From NCBI GenBank assembly GCA_004431415.1, contig QPMI01000416.1, positions 682,001 through 746,000 of the forward strand: 64,000 bases of DNA. Direction: 5' to 3'. The notes beneath the pieces are model-generated. The model made no database searches and had not been told where the DNA came from. It worked only from the letters and a program-made list of their open reading frames with translations. Position 1 is the stretch's first letter. Every line of letters begins with the position of its first letter. This DNA is from Cyanophora paradoxa CCMP329 (lineage: Eukaryota > Plantae > Glaucophyta). Shown one piece after another: positions 38,401 through 49,465 of the stretch. Made by a program: the position numbers and the translations under genes.

Positions 38401-41400
38401 TGGTAGTGTCAGAGGCGTCGACATATTCGGCTAGGTCCGCCTGGCAGCGGAGGAAGTTGTAGTCGGCCGGGCTATCTGCTAGAATATATGTGCGAAGATG
38501 CCGGCGAGGCGGAAAGAGGGACGAGAATAGCGACGGGGGGAGGGGCGGGGAGGAGTCGTCCGAAAAAAGGAGTCGGGCGTCGGGGATGTCCATTCCACCA
38601 ATATAATGATAAGGGGCCGAGGCAGGGAACGTCTGCGGGGCAGTAGGTGGGGGGGCAGCTGGTCCGCTGAGGGGGACGCGGGGTCGGCGGGGGGAGGAGG
38701 GGACCGGGCGTCGGGTCGCCTGTGGGGTTGTAGCCGTTGCGGTTGGCCGCGGAATGGTCTTTGGTTGGTGAGAGGGGACCCATTGGAGCGTGATTTGGAA
38801 GTTTGGGTCTTGAGCGATACGAATGGCGTATTGCGTGCGAGCGTTGAGGAGAAGGGCCCCGTCTTCTCGGCGGAGCAGGGTGCGGAAATTGATAGGGTGG
38901 GAGAAAGAGGAGGGGTCTCGGAAGGCGAAGGCTGTCAGGGCCCGGATAGTGTTTTGGCTGTCCGTGATAATTTTCCCACCCGTGGGCCCAAAGTACGTGA
39001 ATGCTGCGGAGATCGCGCCTGCTAGCTCTCCCAGGTTCACGTTGTGTTGGACACCGGGGAGGCGGTGGGCGAACTCGATGTGGTTAGGTAGGTCGGGATT
39101 ATTTCGAGGGGTGCAAGGCCGGCGTAGGTGGTTCGGACTGATGCGGAGCCCTGTTTTTGTGTGCTGGCGTCCGTGTATATTACCCGGGAGTAGGGTCGGG
39201 GGGGGGAGGTGGGGAGTTTAGGGCACGGAGCGTGGGGCAGAGCTCAGCGAAGAGGGCTCGGGAGGTGGCGAAGAGGAAGTCGAGCCCGGCCGAGGAATCA
39301 TAGAATTCGCGGTCGGCTTGTGAGGGAGGGGTCCTCGGGCGTGGGCGTCGCTCGAGGGCGACATTGGTGGCCTGGGCTTCCGCGCGGAAGGAGTCCCACC
39401 AGTCAGTTTCCCGGAGCCAGAGGTCGATGAAACCAATATGTGTGATTTCGCGGGGGAGGTTGGGAGGGGGGAGTTCGGGGTCATATTGGGCGGAGGGGGT
39501 TTCTGAGGAGGGGTCGAGGCGGGCTTTTTTAGCTGCTCTTGTGGGTTGAGCGCGGGTGGGCTGTTGTCCTCTGAAGCGGGAGCATGGGAAGGCGGGGGCG
39601 GAGTCGGGCAGCTGCCGGGAGCGGGTGGGAGCCGGCCTATTTAGGTTGGAGAGGCTCGGAGACCAGCCCTTCGATTCGCACGAGGAGCCCGCTGGAATTC
39701 GGCGAACGTGGGATGCGTACTCGACCCAGCGGCAGGCCGTTGTGGAGAGGCCCAGCTCGCGATGGAGCTGTTCGGAGCCGCAATATTTTGGGTGGGGGCA
39801 GAATTGGAATTCGAGTCTGCGTTCACGCCAGGCAGGGTCGAGTTCAAGAGCCGATAGGCCGGGGTCGCGTGTGGAAAGTCCATCGTATGGGGTGAGGCAG
39901 TAATGGACGAGTTCCACCCCATAATTATACTCTGAGTCTCGGGGGCAGTTAGGGTCCGCGTCGGGGTCCTCGGGAGCCAGTTCGTCCGGGTTTTCGTCCG
40001 GGAGAGGGGGTTTCCCGACGACGCGACCAACTAGGCCTTGGGACGTCCAGACAAAGTCACCAATTTTGAGTCCCGCAAGGACGGCGTCGGCTTGGAGAGA
40101 GCGACGGATGTCTGGGATAGAGGGCGGCGGGGGCATGGGGTATCGGGGGAGGAAGGGGGACTGGATGGAAGGGCGGGGAAGAGAGAGTTCTTCGCGGACC
40201 GCGTCCCACCAGGAGGGGGCACGTTTGTAGTATGCCGGGACACGACCGTGACTCCAGAGGAGGGACCAATCAGCTAGTGAGCCGTCGGAGGACGTAATGT
40301 CACGGATGGTGAGGAGGCCGCAGCGATAGAGGCGCTGGCCGGCTCGTTGGAGGGTGAGGGGCGTCAATTGTGATGATATAATGTATTCTCGTCGAAGGTG
40401 GGACCGTCGGGAGGGGAGGCCGTGCGTCCAGGAATCGCATGTTGTGAGGATGTGGTGGGAGGTGGAGGTCAGGTCTGCCGTGATGGCGAGCGTAATATTT
40501 TTCTGTAGTGTAAGGGGCCCCGAAGGAAGGTTCGGATATTCATGTGGGAGGAGAGGGAGCCCGTACCGGGCCTGGGTGTCGAGGACGCGTTGTCGGTATA
40601 TTTGGCCGTAGAGTGATGATGTGTGGGAGGCGAGTTCCTGGCGGAGGCGCTCGTCGACGCACTGCTGTTGGCGTTGGATGACTGCTATTGAGGGAAGGCG
40701 ATAGATGGAGGAGAATGCAGCCGTGGAGACGGACTGGGCCAGGTTGGCAGTGTGTTTGGCCGCGGTGAGCCAAACAGCGTCGAGGGACTGGCATTGGGAT
40801 GGCGTTAGGGTCATGATGCGGAGGGGGTATGACAGTTTAGGGAAGAGAACCCGGTGTAATATCACTTGGAATTCGTGAACGGTAATCTTTTTCGTGGCTA
40901 GGATCGAGATTGCAGATTGGAGCTGGGATTTGAGTAGGCGGACTTGGTGGGTCCAGGACAGGTTCGCAGTAAACTGGACGCCGAGGACGCGGAAGGGCGT
41001 TGTGGGGGAGAGGATGTGGCCAACCTCAGCTCTGGAATCGCCAACTCCGACATAGTATTTGCTCTTGACCGGCTCTTCGGATCGGGGGGGTTTCCAGTGA
41101 AAAATTTCCGTCTTTTTGGCGTTCAAGTTCATGCCATGGATATGTAGAAATTCGGACAGCCAGTCAAGCATATGTTGGAGGCCCTGAGCCGAGCTGGCAA
41201 GCATGGTGGTGTCGTCGGCGTATGCAAGCACAGAGACTTTGGGGCAGGGACCGGCGGGGAAGTAGAGGGGTTCGCCAGGGCATGGTGGGCGGGGGGAACG
41301 GGGGCGGGTCGGATCAGATCGGTGCGGCCCAAGCTGGTAGCCGAAATTGGACTGAGTCGCTCGTTCTTCAATGGCGGTGAGAGCGGCGTCGAAGAAAATG

Positions 41401-42294
41401 CGCCAGTGGAGGGGGCTTCGATGCCACCTTGGGGAGGCCACAGGGGACTTGAAAGTATTCAGTGCGGCCGTGGGGGGTAAGGATGCACGCCGTGCGGTGT
41501 TGAGCTGCTTTTTTGTGGAGGGCTATATATCGTTTCCCTTCAGGATGGAGGTGGAGTTGGATACGGTTAAGGCTGAGCTCTTGGCTATGCCAGGAGACAC
41601 TGTCGTAGGCGCTGGCGATATCCCCCAGGCCGCCAAAGATTGGCTTTTTGAACTGGTGCGCGTCCTCGAGGGAGGATCGGAGGGCGTAGAGGACAGGGTC
41701 GGTAGATTCGCGGCGACAGAAACCATAATTACGGCCGCGTAGAATGTTATGTGTATCAATGCGGTCTTCCATGCGGTGGGTCAGGAGGCCCGTGACCAGC
41801 TTCCAGGTGACTTCTTGAAGGGTGATGGGGCGGAGATCGGCGAGATCTGCTGAATTATCTCGTTTCGGGATAGCGTAGACTTGGCCGCGAAGTGCGTGGT
41901 CGGGCACGTGGCCGAGAAGAGTGGATTGAACTAGAGCTCGGATGGCGTCGCGCGAGGTGGTCCAGTGGGCCGCGGACTCGAAGCTGTTTATCTCGTCTGT
42001 AGAGTGTGAGGCGGCCAAGGTCTGGCGTTCCGTCTTGGAGAGGCGGAGGGGGGACCAGAGCATTTTAAGCATTCCGTTCGTGAGGCCGGAGGGACCGCCA
42101 GCGCCATTGGACAGGGACGAGATGAGGCGATCGAGTTCGGGGTCCTCTGGCATGGCCATTAGCCCGTCCCAGACGGCGGGGGCGAAGTGGGTAAGGGGTC
42201 GGTACTGGCGTTTCCAGAATCTGCCCAACCAGGCGCCGTTTTCAATGACTTCGAATTTCGTAGCTATGGCATCCAGGTTTGGGGCGGCCTTGCG
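32418..42294 (-). mobile_element. 5'-truncated non-LTR retrotransposon (9.9 kb): RT, split RNase H with two Ulp1/C48-like domains inside, CCHC knuckle, C-terminal Zn finger, A8 tail
   Basis: RT motifs AGGPSG, LRPITLQEVTWKL, DIASAYDSVSW, GLPQGGIEAPLHW (across 1-nt shifts), VLAYADD, FRVLGV. RNase H motifs IYTDAS, NLGELAG, ITDSQ, WVPSH and HNDAVDKLAK. Also CPFC...HIFTC, AIWRDRC and CTCG...ALQAH. Poly(A) tail at 32418-32425. Several frameshifts at C/G runs. Confidence 0.92.
33003..33135. repeat. 17-18 bp minisatellite (ggccgaagcca-ggggt), about 8 units, near the 3' end of the retrotransposon
   Basis: Repeating ggccgaagcca/ggccgaggcca cores are visible directly. Confidence 0.8.
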
Positions 42295-42550
42295 GAAGGC
42301 CTGCCAAGGCCGGGGCACAGCCGACAACCCCTCCGGATCCTTCATCGCCGATCGGGACAAGGCGCTGGATTACTGGCTCGAGCTTCTCAGATCCATCCTC
42401 AAAGAATGCTTCCCTCTCTTGCTCGAGTCCTTTTACCTTTGCTGGTGCCTGCAAACGCGCCCCAATTGCAACGAGCGCGAGCGCGTTCGCGATTGGCCGC
42501 TCGAGAATCTTATGCGCGTTTTCCGCCCCAGGCTTGCGGGCCGTACCCCC
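42295..42550 (+). repeat. Right copy of the 256-bp target-site duplication
   Basis: gaaggcctgccaagg...ccgtaccccc, matching 32162-32417. Confidence 0.92.
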
Positions 42551-43679
42551 AACGACCTGTCCCGAGATTCGCCGGCTGGATGGATTGCTCGGATCGTTGA
42601 ACGGTGCCATTATCAAGCTCGAGGCGCTGCCTCGGGCCCAGGCGATTGCTGATCGAGACGCGCGTCAGATACGTGAAGATGAAGAAGCTTAAGCTGCCCG
42701 CCGCCGCTCCGGTCCCGTGCCCTTGACTCGCGACAAGGCCACTGCGGCGCCGCCGGCCGCCGGTCCCCCAGAAGCGGACTGGCCGCCCGTGCGGAAGCTC
42801 CTCGAGCGCTGCCTGTGTGCTCCCTCCCTCGCCCTCCCAGCCTCGCACATTAAGCTTCTGCATGCCTCGCCCTGAGCGCCAGCCTGGCACACGTGCACGT
42901 GCGCGCGCAGCTGCCTGCCGGCCTCCTGGACCCACCTCGACGAGGCGTCCAAGAAGACGGCGCACTTCTCAGACCACTTCTTCTGCCCGCCGCCCGAGCT
43001 CGACCGATCCCGCAAGTCATCCAGCATCAATACGAAACCGGACCCCGCGGCCAACAAAGCTCTCATCGAGCACATTAAGGCCCAAATCGAATATCGATCC
43101 CGCCCCAGTTCTCACTGAGTCAGGCCTGATCGCGTCGAACTTCGGAACAACCGGCTTATAATAAATTCCTGCCGCAGGAGCACTCAAAGACTCTCTGGCG
43201 TGTCGCGGCTGTTGATGGGCCGTTCGCCTGTACATGAGCTGCAGCGCGCCTTCGTTCACTACGTGCGCAGCTTCACCCCTCGCATTTTAATTCGGAATTC
43301 TGTCCCGGCCCCAATTTTGAACCTGCGATGTGAACGTGTTCGCGCAGGCCGCGCGCCAGGCAGAGACGATCTACTCTATCGGCAGGGATGCAGCGCGCTG
43401 CTATGTTCACGTGAGCCGCGCGGGCCCAGCCGGTTCCAACCTTAACGTTAGTTATATGATTAACAGGTCTATGCCCTCTAGCTGGTGCGGAGGGCGCGGG
43501 CCTGGCACGACGCTTACGGAGTCACTTGGCTCGGCTTCGGGCGCGATCTGGCGCAAAACAGGGACTACAAAGACTTTAGAATGTGCGTTTCGCTTCCGTG
43601 CTGCAGTTATAGCTATGCAATCCCATGAAACGTGATCCCGCATGAATCGCAGAGGTCTTGCACAGCCGTCGAAGCGAGG

Positions 43680-45023
43680 CGGTCATGCTGAAGAAGCTGC
43701 TGGAGTCGCCGCAAGTGGCGGACGCGGACTTCAAGGAGTCAGCGAAGAAGAACGACGAGGACAGCGAGTACGACGAGGATCCGGAGGACGAGGACTTCTC
43801 TGACGGGATCTAGTTCGAATACTGAAGCTTTTTTTTAAGTACGTCATGATGAGGAATCATGTCGATGTCGCGAACGAGATCGATACGCGTACGCCGTGAC
43901 GTATAACAGGGCGTGATTACTTTGATTTGTCGTCTTTTGATATAACTATAGCTACCGGTACCGTAGAACCTAACCGCGATCATGCCACTGGACCAGCAGC
44001 AGCAGCTGCACGCATGTGCAAGCCCAGTGCTCGCGCATGCGCAAGCTTGCCATTGCTCGGGCATGCGCATGCACAATAGATCTCTTGCATTATAATTCAA
44101 TGATTAGCATGCGCACACAACACAAATTAAATACAATCATCATTGAATGAGTTTCAAATCATGGCATCGCTCGGGCAGTCGGTGATGCCTGCTCGCAATT
44201 TGTTTGAACGTCGATAATATTGCACTTCAGCTTTAAAAATTTGGAACGAGCCGTCCCGCCCGGCAGCCACCCGCCCCGTCGCGCGAGGGGTGCCGCTTTC
44301 CCCCCCGTCCCCCTCTCCCTCCTCCCCACCCCCTCCACCCCCACGGACCCAGCCCACCTTTCCGGGCGAGCCGCACTGCCGCCAGCCCCACCCCCTGCCA
44401 TGCCAGGCGCGCCCGGGGCCGCGCGCGCCGCCGCCGCCCGCCGCGCCTCCGAGGCTCCACCCCGCGCAGCTCTGGATTCGATGATCGATATCGGCGGCCG
44501 CGGCCGACCAGCTCCGAACCCGAGGCCTAGCTATAGAAAACAAAACATTTGCTCGGATGGGTCCGGCCAGGCAGGAAGAGGGTTGCCCCCCCTCCCCACG
44601 CGCCGCTGTTTCCAGCGGCTCAGCGGCTCGGCCGGACCCTAGAACTCAAGGCCTAGGGCTGCCCAACTTGGCAACCCTGCTCGTCCGCGCCGGCGCCGGC
44701 GAATTCGAAAGCCGGGCGAACGTTTACCCTCAACTTAAATGCCGGCTTCGAATTCATCGATGAAGCCGGCTTGCGCCTTTAAGACGCCTGGGCGGCGTGT
44801 GCATTTGGCAAGCTATAGCTAGCCAGTAGGAGTCTGCAGTTGAAATTTCAAGCTTCGAAATCAGTCAACTGAATATATAGATCTATAGCTAGACGAGGGA
44901 TTGCCAAAACCAACCAGCAGCGCTATCTATAGCTGCAGCGCTAGCTGGCCGACTTGCACAAAAGGACAGATCTAGATCGACTAGGACAGATCTATAGCTA
45001 GATCTCCGACGAGTAACAAGGGG
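43680..45023 (+). repeat. Copy 1 of a ~1.3-kb diverged duplication (acidic terminal exon plus downstream sequence)
   Basis: Collinear with 51629-52950 from cggtcatgctgaagaag to ccgacgagta.caagggg, with indels. Confidence 0.9.
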
Positions 45024-45028
45024 CCCTG

Positions 45029-48000
45029 AGTGCGGGCCGGCGGCAACCTACCTGCCAGTAGCCCACATGCTTGCAATTGAATATTGTTATATACTTACTT
45101 GTTTTGGGCCAGGAACGTATTATTAAAGGATCTTCGAATTCTGCAGAATTTCGAGGGGACACGTTAGCGCTAATCTGTCCCATCTTCGCTAGCGTTTGTG
45201 GCATGCGGCTAAGGGACAATTAGCAGCTCCACAGAAATCCTTAATTAAATAAGCGCGAGCTCGGAATTCACGTATCGTGCACGTGGATCTGGAGCCTAAT
45301 TATATAAAGAAGGGACCGCCGCACTCGGGACCTTCAGCCGCAGTACAATAGTACCGACCGTTGAACGGCATATAGTGCCGCAGTGCGGGCCAGCCGCTGA
45401 GCGGCAACCTACTGGCCCGTAGCCCACATGCTTGAATATTGTTACTTGTTTTGGGCCAGGAACGTTATTATTAAAGGATCTTCGAATTCTGCGGAATTTC
45501 GAGGGGACACATTAGCGCTAATCTGTCCCATCTTCGCTAGCGTTTGTGGCATGCGGCTAAGGGACAATTAGCAGCTCCACAGAAATCCTTAATTAAATAA
45601 GCGCGAGCTCGGAATTCACGTATCGTGGATCGGGCCCCCAGTGGAGCCTAATTAAATAAAGAAGGGACCGCCGCACTCGGGACCTTCAGCCGCAGTACAA
45701 TAGTACCGACCGTTGAACAGCATATAGTGCCGCAGTGCGGGCCAGCGGCAACCTACTGGCCCGTAGCCCACATGCTTGAATATTGTTACTTGTTTTGGGC
45801 CAGGAACGTTATTATTAAAGGATCTTCGAATTCCGCAGAATTTCGAGGGGACACATTAGCGCTAATCTGTCCCATCTTCGCTAGCGTTTGTGGCATGCGG
45901 CTAAGGGACAATTAGCAGCTCCACAGAAATCCTTAATTAAATAAGCGCGAGCTCGGAATTCACGTATCGTGGATCGGGCCCCCAGTGGAGCCTAATTAAA
46001 TAAAGAAGGGACCGCCGCACTCGGGACCTTCAGCCGCAGTACAATAAATACCGACCGTTGAACAGCATATAGTGCCGCAGTGCGGGCCAGCGGCAACCTA
46101 CTGGCCCGTAGCCCACATGCTTGAATATTGTTACTTGTTTTGGGCCAGGAACGTTATTATTAAAGGATCTTCGAATTCTGCGGAATTTCGAGGGGACACA
46201 TTAGCGCTAATCTGTCCCATCTTCGCTAGCGTTTGTGGCATGCGGCTAAGGGACAATTAGCAGCTCCACAGAAATCCTTAATTAAATAAGCGCGAGCTCG
46301 GAATTCACGTATCGTGGATCGGGCCCCCAGTGGAGCCTAATTAAATAAAGAAGGGACCGCCGCACTCGGGACCTTCAGCCGCAGTACAATAAATACCGAC
46401 CGTTGAACAGCATATAGTGCCGCAGTGCGGGCCAGCGGCAACCTACTGGCCCGTAGCCCACATGCTTGAATATTGTTACTTGTTTTGGGCCAGGAACGTT
46501 ATTATTAAAGGATCTTCGAATTCTGCGGAATTTCGAGGGGACACATTAGCGCTAATCTGTCCCATCTTCGCTAGCGTTTGTGGCATGCGGCTAAGGGACA
46601 ATTAGCAGCTCCACAGAAATCCTTAATTAAATAAGCGCGAGCTCGGAATTCACGTATCGTGGATCGGGCCCCCAGTGGAGCCTAATTAAATAAAGAAGGG
46701 ACCGCCGCACTCGGGACCTTCAGCCGCAGTACAATAGTACCGACCGTTGAACAGCATATAGTGCCGCAGTGCGGGCCAGCGGCAACCTACTGGCCCGTAG
46801 CCCACATGCTTGAATATTGTTACTTGTTTTGGGCCAGGAACGTTATTATTAAAGGATCTTCGAATTCTGCAGAATTTCGAGGGGACACATTAGCGCTAAT
46901 CTGTCCCATCTTCGCTAGCGTTTGTGGCATGCGGCTAAGGGACAATTAGCAGCTCCACAGAAATCCTTAATTAAATAAGCGCGAGCTCGGAATTCACGTA
47001 TCGTGGATCGGGCCCCCAGTGGAGCCTAATTAAATAAAGAAGGGACCGCCGCACTCGGGACCTTCAGCCGCAGTACAATAGTACCGACCGTTGAACAGCA
47101 TATAGTGCCGCAGTGCGGGCCAGCGGCAACCTACTGGCCCGTAGCCCACATGCTTGAATATTGTTACTTGTTTTGGGCCAGGAACGTTATTATTAAAGGA
47201 TCTTCGAATTCTGCGGAATTTCGAGGGGACACATTAGCGCTAATCTGTCCCATCTTCGCTAGCGTTTGTGGCATGCGGCTAAGGGACAATTAGCAGCTCC
47301 ACAGAAATCCTTAATTAAATAAGCGCGAGCTCGGAATTCACGTATCGTGGATCGGGCCCCCAGTGGAGCCTAATTAAATAAAGAAGGGACCGCCGCACTC
47401 GGGACCTTCAGCCGCAGTACAATAGTACCGACCGTTGAACAGCATATAGTGCCGCAGTGCGGGCCAGCGGCAACCTACTGGCCCGTAGCCCACATGCTTG
47501 AATATTGTTACTTGTTTTGGGCCAGGAACGTTATTATTAAAGGATCTTCGAATTCTGCAGAATTTCGAGGGGACACATTAGCGCTAATCTGTCCCATCTT
47601 CGCTAGCGTTTGTGGCATGCGGCTAAGGGACAATTAGCAGCTCCACAGAAATCCTTAATTAAATAAGCGCGAGCTCGGAATTCACGTATCGTGGATCGGG
47701 CCCCCAGTGGAGCCTAATTAAATAAAGAAGGGACCGCCGCACTCGGGACCTTCAGCCGCAGTACGTATACAATAGTACCGACCGTTGAACAGCATATAGT
47801 GCCGCAGTGCGGGCCAGCGGCAACCTACTGGCCCGTAGCCCACATGCTTGAATATTGTTACTTGTTTTGGGCCAGGAACGTTATTATTAAAGGATCTTCG
47901 AATTCTGCAGAATTTCGAGGGACACATTAGCGCTAATCTGTCCCATCTTCGCTAGCGTTTGTGGCATGCGGCTAAGGGACAATTAGCAGCTCCACAGAAA

Positions 48001-49465
48001 TCCTTAATTAAATAAGCGCGAGCTCGGAATTCACGTATCGTGGATCGGGCCCCCAGTGGAGCCTAACTAAAGAAAGAAGGGACCGCCGCACTCGGGACCT
48101 TCAGCCGCAGTACAATAGTACCGACCGTTGAACAGCATATAGTGCCGCAGTGCGGGCCAGCGGCAACCTACTGGCCCGTAGCCCACATGCTTGAATATTG
48201 TTACTTGTTTTGGGCCAGGAACGTTATTATTAAAGGATCTTCGAATTCTGCAGAATTTCGAGGGGACACATTAGCGCTAATCTGTCCCATCTTCGCTAGC
48301 GTTTGTGGCATGCGGCTAAGGGACAATTAGCAGCTCCACAGAAATCCTTAATTAAATAAGCGCGAGCTCGGAATTCACGTATCGTGGATCGGGCCCCCAG
48401 TGGAGCCTAATTAAATAAAGAAGGGACCGCCGCACTCGGGACCTTCAGCCGCAGTACAATAGTACCGACCGTTGAACAGCATATAGTGCCGCAGTGCGGG
48501 CCAGCGGCAACCTACTGGCCCGTAGCCCACATGCTTGAATATTGTTACTTGTTTTGGGCCAGGAACGTTATTATTAAAGGATCTTCGAATTCTGCGGAAT
48601 TTCGAGGGGACACATTAGCGCTAATCTGTCCCATCTTCGCTAGCGTTTGTGGCATGCGGCTAAGGGACAATTAGCAGCTCCACAGAAATCCTTAATTAAA
48701 TAAGCGCGAGCTCGGAATTCACGTATCGTGGATCGGGCCCCCAGTGGAGCCTAATTAAATAAAGAAGGGACCGCCGCACTCGGGACCTTCAGCCGCAGTA
48801 CGTATACAATAGTACCGACCGTTGAACAGCATATAGTGCCGCAGTGCGGGCCAGCGGCAACCTACTGGCCCGTAGCCCACATGCTTGAATATTGTTACTT
48901 GTTTTGGGCCAGGAACGTTATTATTAAAGGATCTTCGAATTCTGCAGAATTTCGAGGGGACACATTAGCGCTAATCTGTCCCATCTTCGCTAGCGTTTGT
49001 GGCATGCGGCTAAGGGACAATTAGCAGCTCCACAGAAATCCTTAATTAAATAAGCGCGAGCTCGGAATTCACGTATCGTGGATCGGGCCCCCAGTGGAGC
49101 CTAATTAAATAAAGAAGGGACCGCCGCACTCGGGACCTTCAGCCGCAGTACAATAGTACCGACCGTTGAACAGCATATAGTGCCGCAGTGCGGGCCAGCG
49201 GCAACCTACTGGCCCGTAGCCCACATGCTTGAATATTGTTACTTGTTTTGGGCCAGGAACGTTATTATTAAAGGATCTTCGAATTCTGCGGAATTTCGAG
49301 GGGACACATTAGCGCTAATCTGTCCCATCTTCGCTAGCGTTTGTGGCATGCGGCTAAGGGACAATTAGCAGCTCCACAGAAATCCTTAATTAAATAAGCG
49401 CGAGCTCGGAATTCACGTATCGTGCACGTGGATCTGGAGCCTAATTAAATAAAGAAGGGACCGCC
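45029..49465. repeat. Satellite-like tandem array, 344-bp unit, about 13 copies
   Basis: The marker gtgccgcagtgcggg occurs at 45375, 45727, 46072, 46417, 46761, 47105, 47449, 47799, 48142, 48486, 48836 and 49180, plus a diverged first unit. Confidence 0.97.

Larger units (their letters stand above)
31623..43812 (+). pseudogene. Multi-exon gene of unknown function disrupted by the retrotransposon; 5' end not located
   Basis: The exon from 32101 (AIKCNRATTLFKIGPHWAFVKACQ...RLAGRTP) continues in frame after the insertion as NDLSRDSPAGWIARIVER. Later exons: CLPASWTHLDEASKK..., AARQAETIYSIGRD..., terminal exon ...MLKKLLESPQVADADFKE...EDEDFSDGI*. There is an apparent in-frame stop near 43480. Confidence 0.55.

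Noticed and set aside
33300-41450. Programmed frameshifting in the retroelement, and 1-nt indels in array units 2-4
   Set aside because: The shifts fall in C/G homopolymers and differ between otherwise identical units, so long-read consensus error or decay is more likely.
32162-42550. LTR or Penelope-like element with 256-bp terminal repeats
   Set aside because: The repeats lack TG...CA and are host exon in frame with both flanks. The RT is non-LTR type and there is a poly(A) tail.
45029-49465. CRISPR array, or a tandem 62-aa gene (MPQCGPAATYW...)
   Set aside because: Whole 344-bp units repeat with no unique spacers and there are no cas genes. The ORF starts at GTG, lacks coding bias and is broken in some units.
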